In this document: positions 40,534 to 53,625 of the stretch, piece by piece
Position numbering within the stretch: position 1 is the stretch's first letter
How the letters are laid out: the number at the start of each line of letters is the position of its first letter
From: Mytilus edulis
Taxonomy: Eukaryota
Direction of reading: 5' to 3'
DNA length: 64,000 nucleotides
Assembly (NCBI RefSeq): GCF_963676685.1
Contig: NC_092353.1
Span: 46,004,001 to 46,068,000, forward strand
Notes under the pieces: generated by a model
Told to the model about the DNA's origin: nothing
The model's input: only the letters and a program-made list of their open reading frames with translations
Databases searched by the model: none
Made by a program: the position numbers and the translations under genes

Positions 40534-40615
40534 GTTTTGAAATATGAAATTATTTTTTAATTGTTACTTGTTTTCGGAGATCATCCCTTTTTCCCACTTT
40601 ACTGTTGTGATGAAA

Positions 40616-40826
40616 GAGGGGGAGGACCTTTTTCAGGATGTCAGGATCGGGTGTTATTATGCTTGGGATTTCGGGATTGATCCTTTCGGGATTGATCCTT
40701 TCGGGATCCAGGAATTTTTTCGAAATTTTGGGATGCCAGGATTTAAATTTCTTTAAATTTGGGACCTTGGGATTTCATGTTTTTAAGCCTGAGATTTCCG
40801 GATCAGGACCCCTCCAACCCCCTGTC
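40616..40826. mobile_element. MITE, same family as 30321
   Basis: TSD ATGAAA. Confidence 0.85.
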
Positions 40827-41328
40827 ATGAAAGGGCAATTGATTTGTATCTGAAAACAAAGAAGCATAAAAAGGAGAATAGACCAAGTATATTAGCAAAA
40901 ATTAAAGACAGGAATACACAAACTTACCATAGTACAATAATACAATGATGGGAAGTATAAGTATAGAGCGACTTCATATACATGTTATATGCATTTAAGA
41001 AACATAAAAACTATTAAAAAGGCATATAGAATAAGCATTTTAGCAAAAATGAAAAGGTAATATAGACAAAGCACATTAGCAAAGATGAAAGACAAGAATA
41101 TGAGAATTATCTTAGAACAATAATACATTGACAGGATGTACAAGTACCAAGCCACATCAAATGAATATCAATAAAAACAGGCTAAACAGTAAAAGTGATA
41201 TAGTTTTGTTGTCAAGACAGGTTTCACTGTGTTTCATTTTATCAATTCAAACTTGCCCTATTCTGAATTTGGCTGTTTATGTTTCATTTTGCTTCTAGGT
41301 AGAGAAACACTGTTGAAATATCTTCAAT

Positions 41329-41555
41329 GGGGGTCTCATTGGGGGGTTATGATCCAGGATTCACTTACTGTTTTGTCAGATTCCCGTATCATGCTTACAC
41401 TATGTACGTAAGCAATTCTCATTTATTCGTAATTTTCCCCTATCCTGCTAGACTTCATTTCACGTTTCCACAGCACAATAATTTGACTTTCACGTATCAC
41501 GCTCACAAAAAATCGGCAATCCTGCATCATGCTTATAGACCCCAATGAGACCCAC
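41329..41555. mobile_element. MITE
   Basis: TIR gggtctcattgggg / ccccaatgagaccc; flanking direct repeat TTCAAT. Confidence 0.82.
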
Positions 41556-41888
41556 TTCAATGGTTGATGTTATTATGTTGCCTAGGCCTAAGCATGCTTC
41601 TCTACTGTTTGCCTATTTGGGGTTAACATATCAATATCATGTTTAAGAGAAAAGCATGATAAAAAAAAAACACTTTATTTTCTAAGATGTTTTTATGCAT
41701 TCACATAAAACTATTTTCATTTTGATATACATGTAATCATTGATATTGGAATTCATATTGTGGCCAAAATGGTCCCTAACTACATCTTTTTAATTTCGAA
41801 AATATTCTTATGGTACTAAAATTATATTTACTATTCATTTACTTGAACAACTAACAGTTTTGAAATATTTTTTTTATTTTTGTTTCAG

Positions 41889-42033
41889 AGGCCTTTTAAA
41901 GGAAAGACTAGATAATGCCATTACAGGTCAGATTACCTTTAACAATGATGGTGACCGTCTCAATCCTATCTACTACTTTAAAAACAGACAGCCAATGGGA
42001 ATTGTTCCTGTAGGATATTTTGGAAATAAGGAG
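41889..42033 (+). CDS. GRIN1: GluN1 coding exon 6 (ATD)
   Basis: tttcag|GLLKERLDNAITGQITFNNDGDR...VGYFGNKE|gtaagt; 145 nt. Confidence 0.94.
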
Positions 42034-42556
42034 GTAAGTGGAGGGTTCTTTGTAACCATACAGTTCAAATGTCTATTTTTCTTTAACTTTTACTTACTAT
42101 CTTTTAGAAAGGTGAAGGTATTCTGAGCCATACCTAATTTAATTTTATGCATTATATATCCATCCATCCAGTAAACAAGATACTTTGATTGAAATTAAAT
42201 GTTATTTTCAAATTTTACCCTTTTTGGGGTATTATGGTCAAAAACTAAAGATAATGTAGAGAAACAGTATTAAAGAGAAAAAATAATCAGCTAAATGCAA
42301 GATGAATAGAAAAGAGATCTGGCATGAATTCTATTCTAGTCTACAATTTTGGAGAGACGCAAATGGTGCACTAAGACCCAGATGAGACGTGCAACACAGC
42401 ATTTTTTCAGCTTCTTGTTTTGATAAATTCAGATGATAAAAAACTATTAAAACAAAAACAAAAAGCACGGACTATACACAACCAAATACGGTATAGATTA
42501 TAATTTGACATTGGTTTACATCTTTACTGATTGTTTACTTTATTTATTTATTTCAG

Positions 42557-42652
42557 GCTATGGTCCCAGCCTTGGATATATCAGACAATATTACCTGGCC
42601 AGGAAATATAAATACGAAACCTAAAGGACTAAATATTGTTACTCATCTAGAG
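42557..42652 (+). CDS. GRIN1: GluN1 coding exon 7 (ATD-S1 linker)
   Basis: tttcag|AMVPALDISDNITWPGNINTKPKGLNIVTHLE|gtaaag; 96 nt. Confidence 0.93.
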
Positions 42653-43724
42653 GTAAAGGCTCACATTTCTTTGGTTTCATTTATATTCATTGGATACCAG
42701 TTTTCGTGGATTTCATGGGAACAGGGGAACCAATTTAAATGTTCAAAAAATTACAATTTTTCTAAAGGATTGTGCAGACTTTGCCAAAACCATGAAATTA
42801 GATATCTACAAATATGCAAGTTTTCCTGAAACCACGAAAATTGATACCCTTGAAAATAGATGAATCCACAGAAATTCAATTGTATAAAATGTTGCCAGTC
42901 TTAACATTGTTTCTGCACTACCATAATCTAGTTATAAATTAAGGATGATAAGTGATTGAAAAAGTGGAAATTGGTAGAACTTTAACCTGTCAAAGAAAAG
43001 AAAAAGCTATTGTAAATTCAGAAATTATTGCATGCAATTATATTTGTGTTTGGAAGAATAGACAAAATGCAAGTTCTTATTATTGGAATACTCACTCGGG
43101 CACATTATTGACATTATTGGCAATAATAAACTTTGAAATAATTTCATTTTAGTATTGGAGCTATGTCTGATAGAAATCACCTTATGCAAATGAATATCAA
43201 TACATATATATCTGTTAAACTTATTACTGGTTGACAATTAACAAACTCTCTATGCAAAGTCTGTAACTATTTGAAAATTTAGTTGTTATTAAACCCTACA
43301 ACTAATGGCACGATTTCATCCTTTATTGTGTATTTGAATGTTGCAAAATCCACCAAAGTCTTATACATGTATATGTGTATGTGAAATTGCATTAGGTTTA
43401 TTTCTATCCGACGCAGGTCATTTGGTAATTCTAGCTCACTCTTATGATGGGGGGTTGGCAGGTCCCCGATCCCGAAATCCCCGGCTTAAAAACATGAAAT
43501 CCTGAGGTCCCGAATTTAAAGAAAATTAAATCGCGACATCCCGAAATTCAAAAAAAGAAATTCCCGGATCCCAAAAGCTTAAAAACACCTGAATCCAACT
43601 TCCCAAGTTTCTGATTTCTCCCCCCCTCTATTATGTTTGTGTATTTCAGGACATACATTAAGAATTATATAATTAGTTTGATTGAATATGAATTGGATCT
43701 AATTTGATTTTATATGTTATGTAG

Positions 43725-43842
43725 GTAGTGACCCTTGAAGCCAAGCCATTTGTTCACACTCGACTACGCTCTGAAGGAGGGCCTTGTGGTACTGATGAGG
43801 ACAAATTTGAACTCCCATGTAACCATGTAAACATGTCTACAA
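43725..43842 (+). CDS. GRIN1: GluN1 coding exon 8 (S1 start)
   Basis: tatgtag|VVTLEAKPFVHTRLRSEGGPCGTDEDKFELPCNHVNMST+a|gtaagt; 118 nt. Confidence 0.93.
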
Positions 43843-45824
43843 GTAAGTTTGAAGTACAAGAGGGACATAAGGGGTAGTTTTAAAGATATAGAAAGTCAAA
43901 ATAGTTGACAAACAGAATAATAAGCAAATGCTATACAGTATTTCAGTAGAAACATCAAGTTCAACTAAATTTGACAGATAACCAATCTATATTTCTGTAG
44001 GACTAGGCTACTTCGAAAGGAGGGTAGTATATCTTACCTAATAATGATTTCACGGTTCAGCTAGCAAAAAAGCTATCCAGATATATTACCTTAACCTACA
44101 CACTCAATGCAATTGGCTGTAAATATCGTAATTATATTATTCGATTATACATAATCTGCTTTATTTTATTTCATATCCCATACCTGTCAACCTGTCATGA
44201 TGAAAATGCAGGTCATGACCTGCATTGAAGAAGCAAATCTCAGGTCATAACACGTACGAAATTTTTCAAGCTGAGTTTCAGTATTTATGGTACATTTTCT
44301 TATAATGTATATCAAAGATACCAAAACATCAATGCATGTTCACTTTGTTAAGTCATTTTAAATCTTATTAAATATTATTTCATTGCACTTTTAAAGATTT
44401 TTATAAATTTGTGTAACTCAGTCTTATGTGCTTTACTTTTTGAGAGAAAATACTACAATCATCAAACACTAGAATTTAATGTAATTCTTAAATGTTTGAG
44501 ACTATTGACTATGTAGCCTTCAACCATACTATTTTTTCATTTAACAAGGAAATTAGACTATGATAAAATATAGTAATACAGTTAAAGGAAGTATAAATGT
44601 AAAAAATAATTTTCAACTTTTTTTTAAAAATTGTATAAAGAACAGAGAACTATTTAGATTAAGAGTTTATTAAGAATTCTAGAAAATGGAAAGGTTTAGA
44701 CCATGGGATGTTACTCCAGTGGTGTCATTAGTTTTCTTCTGAAAAAAGGCCTTCTGTTGGCCACATACATTATTGTGACCATGTATCAAATTTAGAATGG
44801 AAATGGGGAATGTGTCAAAGAGACAACAACTCGACCTTATTACAAGACACTTAGTATTCATGGAAAGCACATTGAAAATAAAGTAGCCAACCATAGAAGG
44901 TGATTTAAATTCCTGTATTTGTTTTAGTTGTGTACAATATGAAAATTTCACCCATCCAAAGTGGTAAATTCAATTTTTCATTCATTGGGTCCCCAGTATA
45001 CTTTTTATAGAACTGCCCTTTCACACTATAAGTCAAATAGTTAATCTGATGCAGGTGAACTGAATTAAGATGTGGTAAGATTTCTAATTAGACAACTCTC
45101 CCCCAGACAACAGATGTCATAGAATTTAAAAACTATAGGTCATCCTTCAACAATGAGCAAAAACAAACTTGATCAATTCCAGGAAGAAGGTATATGCTTG
45201 TTTTCTGTTCTATCTGTAATTAAAAAAAAGTCAGGAGTGTAGTCAGTTCAAACTGTAACAAACAAAAAATGGTGCTAATGTATTAAGTATCTCGGTTTTG
45301 GAAATGCACTTAAAGTAACAGACTCAATATATGACTTATGGTTGGGTCACATATCTGTCAGAATATTTTTATTATCCACTGAAATTTAATCTTCAGAAAT
45401 TTATTTAGACTGATAAAATCAGTCTTCCTCCATAACACTGACACATTTCTTCATCCTCATTTAGAATTTGTAGTTGATAAAGCTAACTACATATATGTAA
45501 ACATTTTTAAAAAAGTGAAAAAGATGACAATCAAAATGAACAGTAATATAATCAATTTTTATCTTAAAGGATAACCTCTGTATTGGCTTCTATAGTAGGT
45601 GACATAGTTTAATAAATTTACATCTGGCTCATTTGCTGACGTTGTCAATGGAATCTATGGTCTTCTAATTGGAGCAGTATGCTATAGTTTAAAGTTTTCA
45701 GTGATGGATTATTAATTTACATATCTTAAGGTTCTATTATCACCTTCATTTTATTGTACTACCAATCTGGATCTACAAAAAATGCAATCATTGTTCAAAG
45801 TATTATTTTTGATAATGTTGAATG

Positions 45825-46085
45825 AAGTGTTACCATTCCAGAATGGTCAATATAGTGTTACCATTCAAGAATGGTCGATGTAGTGTTACCATTCCAGAAT
45901 GGTCGATGTAGTGTTACCATTCCAGAATGGTCGATGTAGTGTTACCATTCCAGAATGGTCGATGTAGTGTTACCATTCCAGAATGGTCGATGTAGTGTTA
46001 CCATTCCAGAATGGTCGATGTAGTGTTACCATTCAAGAATGGTCAATGTAGTGTTACCATTCCAGAATGGTTAATGTAGTGTTAA
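45825..46085. repeat. 28-bp tandem repeat, ~9 units
   Basis: tagtgttaccattccagaatggtcgatg; period 45881/45909. Confidence 0.95.
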
Positions 46086-46242
46086 TTTTCATTTAATTGA
46101 TCTTTCAAAAGTATCCTTAGATTGACTATTCCAGAATGGTAACACAACATTGATATTAAAATGACAACAATAATTTAACTTTTCCAGAATGGTAACAGCA
46201 CATTGACCATTACATAAACAAGTTTGAAAACCACAATGCTTG

Positions 46243-46386
46243 AGTGTTGTGACCATACATACATGATCACAGTGTTGTGACCATACATACATGATCATGG
46301 GTTTAACCACACATACATAACATGATCACAGTGGTGTGACCATACATACATGATCACAGGTGTGTAACCATACATACATGATCACA
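46243..46386. repeat. ~28-bp tandem repeat, ~5 units
   Basis: gtgttgtgaccatacatacatgatcaca. Confidence 0.9.
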
Positions 46387-47410
46387 AAATAGTTTGTGGC
46401 CAATGGAAAGCCTTTTTTAAAGAAGAAAACTAATGACAATGCTACAGTAACATCCCATGATCCCATGATCTAAACCTTTCCATTTTCTAGAATTCTTAAT
46501 AAACTCTTAATCTGTTAAAGGTATAAAAATAATGAAAAGTTATTTTTCAATATGTATTTGAATTTTATATTTTTATGATTTAATCTTTTTCACCCATAAA
46601 ACGTAAATATAAGGAATAATTTTGAATGGTGACAAATAAGGGGAAGTAACTCTAGTTCAGTTTGTAAACCACATGGTGCAATTTATTTACAACCTAAAGC
46701 TAAGGTAATTGGTGTCAATTAACAGTGTGTTTGACACCAAAGCTGTCAAGTGAAGCCATGCACTTAATGGGTCACTTAATTTGACAGTTTACATAGCTAG
46801 ATGAACTTCCTGTTCATGGAAGAATTACGAATTTGCCGGTATTTCAAAGGAATATTACTTATGAAATCAATCTCAAGGCTAAGAAATACGGGTGAAATCG
46901 GGTCATTTTCAGAATTCCCGGGTTATTTCAATGACCTGGCGGGTGATCCGGGTGATCCCTCAGAATTGTGAAAATCTCAGGTCACACCCGCAGAATACGG
47001 GTCAGTTGACAGGTATGATATTCAGAGTACTTATGGGTTTCCATGTAGACGACATAAGCCAATTCTGTATTGATAGAATTCTGGTATTTTTGCCAATGAG
47101 ACAATTAATTCTTCACCAGAGACCAATGACATAAATGTTAACAACTCTATGTCCCTCAACAGCCTTCAACAATTAGCAAAACCCAAACAGTTTACTGTTG
47201 ATTCATGATTATTTGTTTGATACCATTTGTTAGTGGGTTTAAGTAATCAACAAAGTACACATTTTCTTTAGGCTTGCATGCAGATTTTGGAAAATCCAGG
47301 AATTTGAATAACCATGTAAGAATTTTTTTCTTTTCAATGAAAATTGTATCCACTGAAAAAAAAATCCACAGTGGTCACTGAAAAGGACAATAAAATGACA
47401 AAATCATGTA

Positions 47411-47774
47411 TTAAGGTTCACATGGACCTTTTGGCTAAAATGGCTGCATTTCCACCTCAAAATTTACTCTGAGTACAGACAATCCTGTGCTTTTGGAAAA
47501 GTTTTAAGGCATAGCATGCCCTAAATAAATAAATTTCAAATATGTTTCATGTTTTAGAAAAACAAAATCTTAACAGGATTTTGCAGTGCCCTTTTTTCAT
47601 TCCTCCAGAAGGTGCCAAAATAAACTAAGTTGGGAAAGAGGTTTGAGAACTTCCCCACAGGTAACAATTGAAGTAAATTAAATTTTTTCCAGATGCTCAG
47701 ATTTGTCTGTACTTAGAGTTAATTTTGAGGTGAAAATGCAATCATTTTAGCCATAGAGTCCACATGAACCTTAA
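47411..47774. mobile_element. TTAA-flanked non-autonomous DNA transposon (Kolobok-like)
   Basis: ttaa-ggttcacatggac ... gtccacatgaacc-ttaa, with subterminal inverted homology. Confidence 0.8.
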
Positions 47775-48178
47775 CATTTTCAAAATAAGTGTTTTGGTAT
47801 AAATTCTTCTGAGTAAAGTTTCTTTCTAATCAATGACATCTCAAAATTGAAATTCCTCCAGAAATTCTTTTTAAAATGGAAAGAGTACTATGGATTCATC
47901 ATGTTTCTTAGGATACCAATTTATGTGGAATTCATGATTAAAGGTTAAACACAAATTTACCGGTATATGTTGAATGCATTACACATTTCTAAGTGCTAGT
48001 ATGAAAACTTTGTAACATCAAGAAATCAAATACAAGTGTATCCTGAAATACAAAGTTAAGCTCAATCCATGTTAATCTTTAATTGATATCCACCAAAAGA
48101 ACTAATCTATATATAGCCCCCCCCCCCCCTTTAAATGGTAGCTCCCTAACTCTAAAATGATCTATCATTCCATTTCAG

Positions 48179-48303
48179 ATGTAACCACAGAGTATTGCTG
48201 TTGGGGATATTGTATGGAAATGTTACGGGAAATTTCACAGATGGTCAATTTTACTTATGATGTCCATATTAGTCATGACAAGACTTTTGGTTCTTTTGAA
48301 AAG
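48179..48303 (+). CDS. GRIN1: GluN1 coding exon 9 (S1)
   Basis: tttcag|(N)VTTEYCCWGYCMEMLREISQMVNFTYDVHISHDKTFGSFEK|gtaaca; 125 nt. Confidence 0.94.
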
Positions 48304-49611
48304 GTAACAGATATAGATTTCACCACTGTAACTAGTGTGTTACCATATTTCTCCGCTTGAGATATTTGAGTTTTAATATTTATAGAGCAAGGCTTGCCAA
48401 GCTTTTAAAATAGTAAAATTTAACTGTTGAGAGTGGAAAAATATTGTATAACACTAGTTATAGTATTGGACTCTCTATCTCTTATGATTTTTAGGTAAAG
48501 ATTGCATGAAATGCAATCATAACCTTATGGGACTGACTTGATATCTCAATCTTCCAAGACTTATTACTACCTTTTTGATACACAAAATATAGTACATTGA
48601 TCATTACATTCTATATTATATCCTATCTATGATTATCGATGTAATATATGCTCAGTTATTCAAGGCACAAAATGATGTTACACTTGTCAAGAAAAAACGT
48701 TACTTTTGCAAGTTTTCGGAATCCAATATCTGCTCTAAAATTATAAATGATGTCATTGTTAAAGTCATTTCAATTAAAAAATTGGAGTTATCTGTCTTTG
48801 TCTAGAATTGCTGTTAAATGAACTACCTACAACGCAATATTTAATTTTACTTCCCACTGATAAATTGAAGCAATCTTTACTGTTCAGTGCTTACAAGCAC
48901 TTTGATTATCCTCCCTTTTCAAAGATCTGAAAAAAGTTGTGCTCTTCATATGTGACATCAACAGACATTGTTGCCTTTTTCATGATATCACAATAGGAAA
49001 TTCAGTTGAAACCAAGAAAATTTAAAGTCATAGTTAAAATTTCATCCAGTCATATGCTGAGAACAGATTTATCACTAGTAACAAGAAATATTTTTCTCAC
49101 AACGCTCAAGAAATGTGAAAATAGCACAAACATTTAAGAAATATGTTTTCTTGCATGTGCTATCTTGATTTCTTCAAGCACGATATACCAATTTCATTTA
49201 GATAGTAAATTTAAGATTAAGTTACAGCCAGAAATTGAAGATAAGGAATATAGGGAAAAAATGTCAGGCTATTCATATGTATTAGTATTTGCAAGGGTTA
49301 CCTACAAAAGGATATAGTTGTCAAAGATGAACTAGGATGTTGAGAAAAACTGAATACAAACTTAATGATAAATCTTCATAAATGAATAAAATCATGATAG
49401 ATAGTTAATTCATTTACAGATGTCAGTTTCAGTTAATTTAACTATAAACTTTTTGAAGAGCAATGATTAAGATAGAATTATTTACTATAGGACTATTATT
49501 TTTTCTTTAAAAAAAAACCGGTGCATTGAAAATCGCCCAAAACAGTATTTTTTGCTATGGGAATTACAAAAATCACAAAGTTCATCATTGGCAATTTATC
49601 ATAGTGACAAT

Positions 49612-49859
49612 GTTAAGGGCCTTAGTGTCTAATTGGTCGAACTACTATATCATTGGCCAGTCAGCACTGAAGTTGCAAGTTCGAAACCAACATGGGGCAG
49701 GTGCACTCGACTCCAATCTTACTTGACTAGGATTGTCAGTTTTCCTACTGAAGGTAAGTGGTTCTCTCAAGGCACTCCAGCTTCCTCCACAAATAAAAAC
49801 TGACTGCCGCAAAATAGTGTTGAAAGTGGCGTTAAACCCCAATCAGTCAGTCAATCAGT
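49612..49859 (+). mobile_element. tRNA-derived SINE with V-type core
   Basis: B box agttcgaaacc, core ggttctctc..cactccagcttcctccac, tail gtggcgttaaac-(aatc/agtc)n; decayed minus copies at ~3355-3550, 34230-34420, 55555-55715 and 59104-59300. Confidence 0.75.
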
Positions 49860-49907
49860 ATTGACAATGTCACTTTTTGTGATAACATATTTATACATGT
49901 TTTACAG

Positions 49908-50072
49908 AGGAGAGGATCAAAGACCAAGCAGTGGAATGGTATGGTTGGAGAACTAGTTAGTAAACAAGCAGATCTAATTGTAGCTCCACTGACCATTAAC
50001 CCTGAGAGAGCTAATTATATTGACTTTTCTAAACCATTCAAATACCAAGGACTTATCATTTTGGTCAAAAAG
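49908..50072 (+). CDS. GRIN1: GluN1 coding exon 10 (S1, ligand Arg)
   Basis: tttacag|[55 protein letters not shown]|gtaaaa; 165 nt. Confidence 0.96.
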
Positions 50073-50424
50073 GTAAAATTTAAACACGATCAATAACTTG
50101 GTAGGTAGTTTCTGCAATCTAACTTTAGTTTGCCTCATGCAAATTTTATGAAAGACATAGACAATGCTAATAACCACAATATGCATTTCAATTTTGGTTA
50201 TAGGTCATTTTCCATAATAGAGTTATACCCCTTTTAGACTTGTACAATTGCAACACTTGATTAGGGGTATTTGTGTCCTCAGACACATTGTTATTTTATT
50301 TTATGATTTAAATTTAAAATGTTGATTGACTATCAAGATGAAAATACAACCAGTTGACCAGAATATTAATGTGATTTGTTTATTGTTTTAAAAATCTCAT
50401 CTTTTTATAGGGCTATTCCTTAGC

Positions 50425-50600
50425 CAGGGTTTCGTTCAATATCGTGGCAGCTACATAGGGCTACATAGATTTATGACTATTGAACGTGTAGCTAGCCTTG
50501 CTGCTACGTAGATATTGATAGCAGCTATGCTAGCTACTCATTCAGTATACAAAAATCTTGGTAGCACTACATAGCCACTACGATTTTGAACGCAACCCTG
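50425..50600. mobile_element. MITE with internal gtagctac motifs
   Basis: TIR cagggtttcgttcaatatcgt / acgattttgaacgcaaccctg. Confidence 0.75.
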
Positions 50601-50667
50601 TTGTTAATATGAGTCTAACATTGTTTTGATTTTACATAACCTTGGCTGATAGAAGATATTTTCAACT

Positions 50668-50952
50668 TTAAGGTGGTACCCAACACTTTCACTAAAATTA
50701 ATTTGGCTCTTTAATTTTCATAAAATTTTGACAAAGTATATACTTTGACCCTTTAACAAAAATATAAAAATTTCAAAAATTTTGAACCAACCGTTTTGTC
50801 AAAAAAAAATACACTGCTTATATAGTACAAGTAGTTTGACAGACACCAATTTTGATCATTGAGAAGCTTAATATTCCTTTTACAACACAACTTAATTAAA
50901 ACATTTAGGTGACTTTACAGAGTTATCTCCCTGTAGTGTTAAGTATCACCTC
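50668..50952. mobile_element. Kolobok-like MITE; inverted homologue at ~5330-5592
   Basis: ttaaggtggtacccaacact ... agtgttaagtatcacct. Confidence 0.75.
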
Positions 50953-51284
50953 AAATAACAAATGTGATTAACATGAAGTAAAACAGCTTAGTTATTGAGT
51001 ATTTACTACACTTCTAATGTCAGTTCATTAGCTATGACAATTCAAAAGTTTGAAAAAGTCTTGAATAAGATAAATGAAATATGTATTGTACTTAGAAATG
51101 AGTCATGTGTAGACACAACAGAACATATAAAGTAAATTCAATTTTTTTTTTATTGCATTAAATAAATTTCAATTTTGGAACAATGCTAGATTTATTATTG
51201 CCATTTTATATACAGATATATGGAACAAATATCTGATGCAAGTTCTAATTATTAGGGAAACTCATCAGTTTGTGTTATTCACAA

Positions 51285-51495
51285 TACTGTAAATTCAGAA
51301 ATTATTACAAGATTTTTATTATTGGGAAAATTGCGACAGAGTTGTAAACGCAATAATTTAAACTCACATTTTAAAATATTTTATATGAATTAAGCAGGAT
51401 TTTCCCCAAAAATCGTAAAAATTAAAATGGCATTTCAGTCTAAAATGACAAAATCGCAATAATAAATGCATACAATAATTTCTGAATTTTCAGTA
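51285..51495. mobile_element. Tc1/mariner-type MITE
   Basis: tactgtaaattcagaaattatt / aataatttctgaattttcagta; relatives at 60610-60809 and ~43009. Confidence 0.8.
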
Positions 51496-51634
51496 AAAAA
51501 AAACCTCCCAATAATTTCTGAATTTATATCTTACAAATGAAAATTGATTTATTTGGAAAAAAATTTATTAAATTCTTGAATAAATTCTATGCATTTATTA
51601 ATGAAAGTTTTTTGTATTTTATTGTGTTTTACAG

Positions 51635-51869
51635 ACAGCAAAAAGTTCAAACCTTGCATCATTTCTTCAACCTTTCCAAGACACACTGTGGATATTGGTA
51701 GGGTTATCTGTCCATGTGGTGGCACTAGTTTTATACCTCCTGGACAGATTTAGTCCTTTCGGCAGATTCAAGCTGGCTAAGAGTGATGACACAGAGGAAG
51801 ATGCCTTGAATTTGTCTAGCGCAATGTGGTTTGCTTGGGGAGTACTGCTAAACAGTGGTATTGGAGAAG
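51635..51869 (+). CDS. GRIN1: GluN1 coding exon 11 (pre-M1, M1, M2 pore loop)
   Basis: tttacag|[43 protein letters not shown]...[14 protein letters not shown]+g|gtgggt; 235 nt. Confidence 0.96.
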
Positions 51870-52688
51870 GTGGGTATGAGTTTGTGTAAAAGGGGAGGTA
51901 ATGACGTTGCTAACGTAAAATGTTATTTTCGCGATGTCAAACTGTGACATATCGGGAAAAGATTTAAACTGATTTAATTTGAAAACGAGTGCATGGACCC
52001 TTATTTTTTGAAACACCATTTTGTTTCATTTTGCAGGGAGATTATGTTGACCAAATTTGATAAAACCATAAATAGTGTAATTTTTTTAATTTTGATAAAT
52101 ATACAGTAAAAAATTACGTTTATTTCTCAATTCATGACTATTTGATAAATATGACTTATTTCTGAATAAAAAATGCATAAATTTTTATGATACTTATAAA
52201 ATATAGAAATTTCAAATTATTTAACAAAAAACAATTTGTGTTTATCTTTTAAAACAAAAAAGTTATGGTTTTCTTTCGAAAGGAAAAATACAGCCACAAA
52301 TCCAAATTTTGAGCAAATATACAAAATTTCGACCTAATTTAACTCAAAAAGTAGCGCATGAAGGTATATTTTTTATTACATATTTGATTTATTCAGGCAA
52401 AAATTAGCCTAAATGGAAATTTTCATCAAACTGTAAATACGGGATCAAAACTGTATCATATGCCCTTAAGAAGAGATGAGTATTGAACTGAGGACATAAA
52501 AAAAAAGAAGTAAATCAATTAAAAATATCTTTTTTTTCAGGAATACCCAGAAGTTTCAGTGATAGTGTTTCTTAAAATGTTTTATTATTAAATCAAATGT
52601 GTCTCTAGTATTCTGAAAAGATGAGGACATAAAAAATTAAAGTAAATCAATTAAATAGCTGAAGTACTGATAGTTTTAATTTTTTCAG

Positions 52689-52837
52689 GAACACCCAGAA
52701 GTTTCAGTGCTAGAGTATTAGGAATGGTATGGGCAGGATTTGCTATGATCATAGTTGCCTCTTACACTGCCAACTTGGCTGCATTTCTCGTGTTAGACAG
52801 ACCAGAAGCCTCCATCACAGGCATTGATGATGCTAGG
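52689..52837 (+). CDS. GRIN1: GluN1 coding exon 12 (M3)
   Basis: tttttcag|(G)[49 protein letters not shown]|gtaata; 149 nt. Confidence 0.97.
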
Positions 52838-52860
52838 GTAATAAACTTGTTCATTTAAGA

Positions 52861-53273
52861 TTAAGGATGTACTTACTATTGGTGAGGTTTTGGAATAAGT
52901 GTCAAATGTTTGGGCTCCTCAGTGTTTTTCCATACGATACAAGATAACATATTTTGCCACATAACACCTTTTTATCTTTTAACATAAGACTTAATAGCTC
53001 ATATAAGATCATTTGACAAAATTTAAGCACATTCTTGATTTTCTTTCTTTTGATTTGAGACCTTAATAATACCAATGTAAATATAAGGTAAAATTCTGAG
53101 TCAGCCTTTTCCCGCCATATTTTATAAATCAAATATCTTAAAAAGGAGCTCAAAGACCTATCAATATTTTTAGCTTATTTTGATCCTTTACTTATACTCT
53201 TCCAGCTTAAAGTATCCATTTTGAATTCTACTTTTATTTAATTTTACCTTAGATCACCTAAGTACATCCTTAA
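52861..53273. mobile_element. TTAA-flanked non-autonomous DNA transposon (Kolobok-like)
   Basis: ttaa-ggatgtactta ... taagtacatcc-ttaa. Confidence 0.85.
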
Positions 53274-53625
53274 ACTAAAAGGAGATGATGGTAAACATAT
53301 TAAAATGAGACAATAACCCAACAACACAAAAACCCATAAGACATCTAGAGTTAAGTCATCAGAAATAGACAGGTGCTTACTGGTAAGAGCTTGGCATATT
53401 CTTGTATACACACTTGTTTATTGCTGAAGACAAATCATCAATTGTGTAAAAATATGAAATAAATTAAATAAAAACTGTTCAAAAAACTAAAAACCAACAG
53501 ATTTTCAAATGACTTTCATGGAAAAAAATAAATCAGAAATATATAAACATAACAAATTCATGAATATATAAAACTTCCATATGTTTCCTTATTTAACTAC
53601 ATCAAGTTAATTATAAAATGAATAA

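Larger units (their letters stand above)
44179..47017. mobile_element. 2.8-kb composite non-autonomous TIR element
   Basis: 13-bp perfect TIR catacctgtcaac / gttgacaggtatg; flanks atatcc/atattc; internal inverted repeat and two tandem arrays. Confidence 0.78.

Noticed and set aside
45825-46085. Palindromic 28-bp repeats resembling a CRISPR array
   Set aside because: No unique spacers, eukaryotic intron, no cas genes
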